This document shows positions 27,519 to 31,306 of a DNA stretch of 31,306 bases, piece by piece. A program made the translations under genes and the position numbers. Under the pieces are notes generated by a model. The model did not search any database, was not told where the DNA came from, and worked only from the letters and a program-made list of their open reading frames with translations. How positions within the stretch are numbered: the first letter of the stretch is position 1; every line of letters starts with the position of its first letter. This DNA is from Runella sp. (GTDB lineage Bacteria; Bacteroidota; Bacteroidia; Cytophagales; Spirosomataceae). Location of the stretch: the NCBI GenBank assembly GCA_043769455.1, contig JAYVJH010000537.1, forward strand, positions 1 through 31,306, in the 5' to 3' direction.

Positions 27519-28682
27519 TCAACGGCAATTTTTAAATTTACTGACAATGTACGGTGTTTTTTTGCTTGTTTTTTTGATACTATATACGGCATCAATCGTT
27601 ACTTCTTTTATCCACGCACGGCGGTCGGTAGGCGGTATGGCCAATATTGAGTTGTAGGTACGGTCGGTGGTCATGTCCAATTCTGGGCAATCATTGGCCA
27701 CTTGCCATTGATTGCCCGGCCCCCACTCCCATACCAACCAGCCGATGCCCTGTGCCTCTGCAAGTTGTATAAATTGCTGATAATCAACTATTCCAGCATC
27801 AGAGCAAGGGCTACTCGCACCAGCCCAAGCACCATATTTGGCAATTTCGCCCATGACAATCATAATGGGTAAGCCTTGTACTTGGCTAAATTTATTGGCA
27901 ATAAACCGCCCACCTTCTGCCCCATCAGTATCGGTTTTAGGCCAATATGGGTGAAAATCAAATATTACATTTTTGCGTGGGTCGGCGTTTAGTATTTCTA
28001 CGCCTTTTATAGCAAAACAATGTAAACTCTTGCCTCTATCCATGCCATCTATCATCAGAGGTACTCTTATTCTGGCAGTTCGGAGTTGCCTGATGGCATC
28101 TTTATAGGCATTGGCGTAAGTTGTCAAATCGGTAGGATTGTTTTCGTCGCCCCCTGCTGCTTCGTCGCCAATGTTTACAATCAAATAGTTTTGATGTCGG
28201 CGAATAAGAGCTACCATCGCAGGGCGTTTCCAGTAATCAACGTATTGTTGCAATTTGGAAAAACCACCATCAATCTCCTCCATGTAGTCCCAAAGCCCTA
28301 CGATGGGTATGAGGCCGTTGTTGCGGGCGTTGGTAATGATACGGTCTAAGCGGGTGTCGTCTGTATTGCTAAGGTCTGGGTTACGGATTCCCCACACAAT
28401 CCGAACGCAGTTGGCACCTGTTTTGGCAATTTCTGGAAAAGAAATAGTGCCTTCTGGGTCGGTGCCATCAAAGATAACCATTTTATTGACTCCCTTCAAA
28501 ATCACAGTTTTACCGCAAACGTCTTTGAGTTGATTGCCAACGGTGTAAGATGTCAAAAGAGATGCCAATGCTGCTGGCGAAAAAGTTGTACTAAAAGGTC
28601 TCCTAATAGGTATAGTTTTCTGCCCTAAAACGCTGAGGCTCACAGTCAATAAACCCAAAAACAAAAATGGTAGTTTTTTCAT
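27519..28682 (-). CDS. Glycoside hydrolase family 5 (mannanase GH5_8-like), secreted
   Basis: Signal peptide (VLG-Q). TGANCVRIVW, IVNIGDE (acid/base), FDFHPYW, VMGEI (nucleophile), GWLVWEWG. Confidence 0.8.
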   Translation of the reverse strand: MKKLPFLFLGLLTVSLSVLGQKTIPIRRPFSTTFSPAALASLLTSYTVGNQLKDVCGKTVILKGVNKMVIFDGTDPEGTISFPEIAKTGANCVRIVWGIRNPDLSNTDDTRLDRIITNARNNGLIPIVGLWDYMEEIDGGFSKLQQYVDYWKRPAMVALIRRHQNYLIVNIGDEAAGGDENNPTDLTTYANAYKDAIRQLRTARIRVPLMIDGMDRGKSLHCFAIKGVEILNADPRKNVIFDFHPYWPKTDTDGAEGGRFIANKFSQVQGLPIMIVMGEIAKYGAWAGASSPCSDAGIVDYQQFIQLAEAQGIGWLVWEWGPGNQWQVANDCPELDMTTDRTYNSILAIPPTDRRAWIKEVTIDAVYSIKKTSKKTPYIVSKFKNCR

Positions 28683-28742
28683 ATTTATATTTTTTTAGTT
28701 CGACACAATACTACACAAAAAGCCCACGGCCTCCAACTACTT

Positions 28743-28790
28743 ACCCGCCACCAGTCCGAAATAGTAGGTGAGCAACAGGTATAAGTAGGT
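28743..28790 (-). promoter_or_regulatory. Candidate LytTR-type box upstream of GH5 (CCTAC repeats at a 21-bp period)
   Basis: 32/48 ungapped identity to 30183-30230. GTAGG at 28764 and 28785. Confidence 0.55.
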
Positions 28791-28874
28791 AAAGTCTAAT
28801 TATTGTGCAGTCGGGCGGAAACACCATAGCCGTCAGGCTAAGAGTTTATTATGTCTTTTGGGGTACACTTATAC

Positions 28875-29007
28875 TGCGCCTTTGTTGGTGTTTTTACCGC
28901 ACAGGCAACCCTGCAACAACTCGGACGGTAGCTTGTTGGCAAAAACACCAACAAAGGCGCAAAAACTCGGACGGTAGCTTGTTGGTGAAAACACCAACAA
29001 AGGCGCA
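28875..29007. repeat. GTAG-type REP doublet (REPIN-like, 87 bp, 28875-28961) plus a tandem extra REP unit (28964-29007)
   Basis: Terminal IRs TGCGCCTTTGTTGGTGTTTT / AAAACACCAACAAAGGCGCA. The unit is GTAG followed by the hairpin TTGTTGGTG-AAAA-CACCAACAA. The right half is duplicated with a 46-bp period. Confidence 0.8.
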
Positions 29008-29104
29008 AACAATAGATAGGACGGTAATAAAATAAATATTTTTTTCTAAACAATTTAAAACAACATGACTACATAAACGCACTGATTATTATAAAAATAC
29101 ACCT

Positions 29105-29434
29105 TTATAAGCTCAAAAGTTGATACTCTAAATCAAGTAAATCGTTTTGGACAATGTACCAAAGTATTTGATAATCAACGCCAAAGTAACCGTGTATGAG
29201 CCTGTTGCGAAAACTAACAACGCTATGCCAAACGATGTCAGAATGAACATCTCGAAACGTATTAGGCAACTGATTGGCAGCCTCACCGATGATTTCAAAA
29301 TTACGTTCCACGGCATCAACAGTACGAGTATCGGTCATAAAAGCCTCAAAATCCAAACCTTCGGTATAGGTCTTGATTTTGGAGATAGCCAATAGCATAT
29401 CATTGATGAGCAGTTGAGGGTCTCGTTTAGACAT
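29105..29434 (-). CDS. HepT-like HEPN ribonuclease toxin (DUF86)
   Basis: DAVERNFEIIGEA and an RX4HXY motif (RNRLIHGY), followed by VDYQILW. Overlaps the upstream MNT gene. Confidence 0.92.
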   Translation of the reverse strand: MSKRDPQLLINDMLLAISKIKTYTEGLDFEAFMTDTRTVDAVERNFEIIGEAANQLPNTFRDVHSDIVWHSVVSFRNRLIHGYFGVDYQILWYIVQNDLLDLEYQLLSL

Positions 29435-29717
29435 AAATCAAGTCGGGTTCTATGGCGGCAAAGTAAGCAGGCTTAATACCATTGCGAGAGACCAAATCAA
29501 CAGACATTTGGAGATGTGTTTCTAATTCTTTGGCCAAGTCAAAAAACGTAAATCCGATAGGTTGGTTGAGTTCTACCAAAATATCGACATCGCTCAAAGT
29601 CGTACTTTCGTTACGAGCCACCGACCCAAAAATAGCCATACGCTCAATGGGGTATCGTTTGACTAACAAAGGTTTGATGACAAGTAGTTTATTTGTGATA
29701 TGTTGGGATTGTAGCAT
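29427..29717 (-). CDS. MntA-like minimal nucleotidyltransferase antitoxin
   Basis: 96 aa from ATG 29717 (the ORF-track start at 29759 is likely too long). IFGSVARNE..SDVDILV and VDLVSR.GIKP. Confidence 0.92.
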   Translation of the reverse strand: MLQSQHITNKLLVIKPLLVKRYPIERMAIFGSVARNESTTLSDVDILVELNQPIGFTFFDLAKELETHLQMSVDLVSRNGIKPAYFAAIEPDLIYV

Positions 29718-29843
29718 TGATATTTTTAATTTTTTTACAAACATAATCATTTTTCTCAAAACAATTTAAACCAACGTGGCAACGTAAACGCACAACACAA
29801 TGAAAGTACAATAAGAATAACTTGTCATTTTTATTCAAATTTT

Positions 29844-30057
29844 TTACCAGTGTAGCTTAACAAAATCATCGTAGAGTTCAAATTTTTCATCTTTGGTGAT
29901 GACGAACATATTTTCGACAAAAGCCGTAGCTATAATTAGTCGGTCGGTCAAAAGGGTTTTTATGGTCGGCGATAAGCGGAGTTGATTGATACTTAATCAA
30001 GTAGTTTTCAGTAATTGGCAAGACTACAATATTTAAAGAAATACTATTTTTCCAAAT
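29844..30057 (-). pseudogene. C-terminal remnant of a PIN/VapC toxin, frameshifted and lacking its 5' end
   Basis: The minus strand reads IWKNSISLNIVVLPITENYLIKYQSTPLIADHKNPFDR. After a 4-bp duplication (TCGG at 29940-29947 on +) it continues LIIATAFVENMFVITKDEKFELYDDFVKLHW*. This restores the VapC H-x-D-P-F-D-R-L-I-I-A...T-x-D motif. Confidence 0.8.
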
Positions 30058-30070
30058 TTAAGCAAGCGAT

Positions 30071-30157
30071 TGCGCCTTTGTTGGTGTTTTTACCGCACAG
30101 GCAACCCTGCAACAACTCGGACGGTAGCTTGTTGGTGAAAACACCAACAAAGGCGCA
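30071..30157. repeat. Second 87-bp REPIN-like copy, direct orientation relative to 28875-28961
   Basis: Identical to the first copy except in the GGCAAAAAC/GGTGAAAAC loop region; 23/24-bp terminal IR. Confidence 0.85.
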
Positions 30158-30182
30158 AAAATCTCTTACCGTTAAATCACTC

Positions 30183-30230
30183 TCCTACCAAAACCTGCCA
30201 CTCACCTACTAAAATCTGCTACTGGCGGGT
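30183..30230 (+). promoter_or_regulatory. Candidate LytTR-type box upstream of the orphan LytTR gene
   Basis: CCTAC at 30184 and 30205 (21-bp period). Matches the GH5 upstream element in the opposite orientation. Confidence 0.55.
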
Positions 30231-30379
30231 GTAGAGTGGCGTGGTATTTAGATAAGCGATAGGTTTGAGGCGAATAATAAGAGAATAGGGCTTGATGTGG
30301 TATTTATAACGATGCGACTCTCGCCATTAAACTTTTGTGATGTTCAAAAATATCTGATACCCTAAAACTCAAATATATT

Positions 30380-30706
30380 ATGCAAACATTATCTATTCCG
30401 ATGCTCTGGTTTGGCCGTTCGGCTTTTCGTTTCGACAGCGTGGTGAGGCTCGAAGCCGAGCAAAACTATACTTGGGTTTATTTTACAGATGGTCGCAAAA
30501 TACTGATGTCGCACACACTGGCATATTATGAATCTTCGCTACCTAAGTATTTTAGTCGTATTCATCGCAGCCATTGTATCAATACCCATTTCATAAAATC
30601 AGTGGGTTGTAAGCAATGCTCAGAGATAGAACTCACCGACGGTAGCCGCCTGACAGTAGCCCGCAGACGTTGGCAAAGTGTCAAAGATGGTCTTATAAAC
30701 CAATAA
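30380..30706 (+). CDS. Stand-alone LytTR DNA-binding domain protein
   Basis: RLEAEQNYTWVYF.DG.K.LMSHTL..YE..L..FSRIHRSHCIN..L.VARRR. No receiver domain. Confidence 0.88.
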   Translation: MQTLSIPMLWFGRSAFRFDSVVRLEAEQNYTWVYFTDGRKILMSHTLAYYESSLPKYFSRIHRSHCINTHFIKSVGCKQCSEIELTDGSRLTVARRRWQSVKDGLINQ

Positions 30707-30802
30707 CTCGACTTGGGCGCAACCACACAATTAGAAATACATTAGTAATTTTTGAACCAAAGTAATTGTAACCAAAGGCGGTGGCCTTGATACACCAATC
30801 AA

Positions 30803-31306
30803 ATGAAAAAAATAAAACTTATTCTCATTCTGGCCTTGGGTTGTAACCTACTCTGGGCGCAACAAAAAAAGCCTGCGGCTACTCGCTCCGTGTCTTATGT
30901 CGTTCCCAAAAAAGCACCTACGCCTCAACCAGCACCAGCGTCTCAGGCTCCGCCTGTTCAGCCCACTCGCTCACCCGCCCAACAGCCCACGAGTGAGTAT
31001 GATAGATACAACTCTCAACGGCAGACCGCTGCCAGTGAAAGGCGCAACGACAGCCCCGATGTAGGTTCGGTTGTAAAAATAAACTTTATGCGGCTCATTA
31101 TCAGAGGTATTGATTTGGAATTTGAAAAACGAATCATGGAAAAGTCGTCTTTGATTTTGACAACAGGCTACTACTTTGGTGGGCCTTTGCAAGGTGGCTA
31201 CCGCTTAGGGCTTGACTATCGGCAATATCTCGGCCAGAGTCTTTCGCCGGCTGGGTTGTATGTATCTGGGGGAGCGGTAGGTAATTTTTTGCCCATTGCC
31301 GACAAT
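30803..31306 (+). CDS. Secreted/outer-membrane protein (DUF3575-like beta-barrel), 3'-truncated by the window edge; absent from the ORF track
   Basis: Open frame from ATG 30803 to the end: signal peptide MKKIKLILILALGCNLLWA-Q, a Pro/Gln-rich linker, then VKINFMRLIIRGIDLEFEKRIMEKSSLILTTGY alternating beta-strands. Confidence 0.65.
   Translation, partial: MKKIKLILILALGCNLLWAQQKKPAATRSVSYVVPKKAPTPQPAPASQAPPVQPTRSPAQQPTSEYDRYNSQRQTAASERRNDSPDVGSVVKINFMRLIIRGIDLEFEKRIMEKSSLILTTGYYFGGPLQGGYRLGLDYRQYLGQSLSPAGLYVSGGAVGNFLPIADN

Noticed and set aside
28875-29026. CRISPR array interpretation of the repeated TTGTTGGTG..CACCAACAA units
   Set aside because: The sequences between repeats are themselves identical, units occur in both orientations, there are only 2-3 units, and no cas genes are present.
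28805-29082. Short ORFs 28805-29035, 28838-29053, 28894-29082 and also 30015-30212
   Set aside because: They are read-throughs of the REP repeats and of the antisense VapC remnant, with no protein-like features.

Overview
Bacteroidota window, probably Cytophagales. The assignment rests on TAnnTTTG promoter boxes, a T9SS C-terminal domain and signal peptides ending before Gln. The housekeeping backbone is a TPR protein, an EamA transporter, glmM, sbcD/sbcC, a PA14 protein, a 1807-aa T9SS Ig-repeat protein, a GH3/serine-hydrolase fusion, a LytS/LytTR two-component pair, a GH5 and an orphan LytTR protein. Three accessory inserts interrupt it. (1) An AT-rich island at 8770-12703 looks like an SdpABC-type peptide-toxin (RiPP-like) cluster. 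It has a divergent XRE regulator, TWO secreted Cys-free precursor peptides sharing GRY and C-terminal TDFSxxD motifs, an SdpA/DUF5819-like protein, an SdpB/HTTM protein fused to a DCC-type CxxC domain, and two small membrane proteins (candidate immunity). This is the strongest candidate for an undescribed system. (2) A ~1.3-kb toxin-antitoxin cassette (intact MNT-HEPN pair plus a frameshifted VapC remnant) is bracketed by two direct copies of an 87-bp GTAG-REP doublet (REPIN-like) and sits between two divergent promoters sharing a 21-bp-period LytTR-type box. (3) An Rpn nuclease and a decayed small-protein/nucleotidyltransferase pair sit in and around the sbcDC operon. All family assignments come from motif recognition by eye; no database searches were run.
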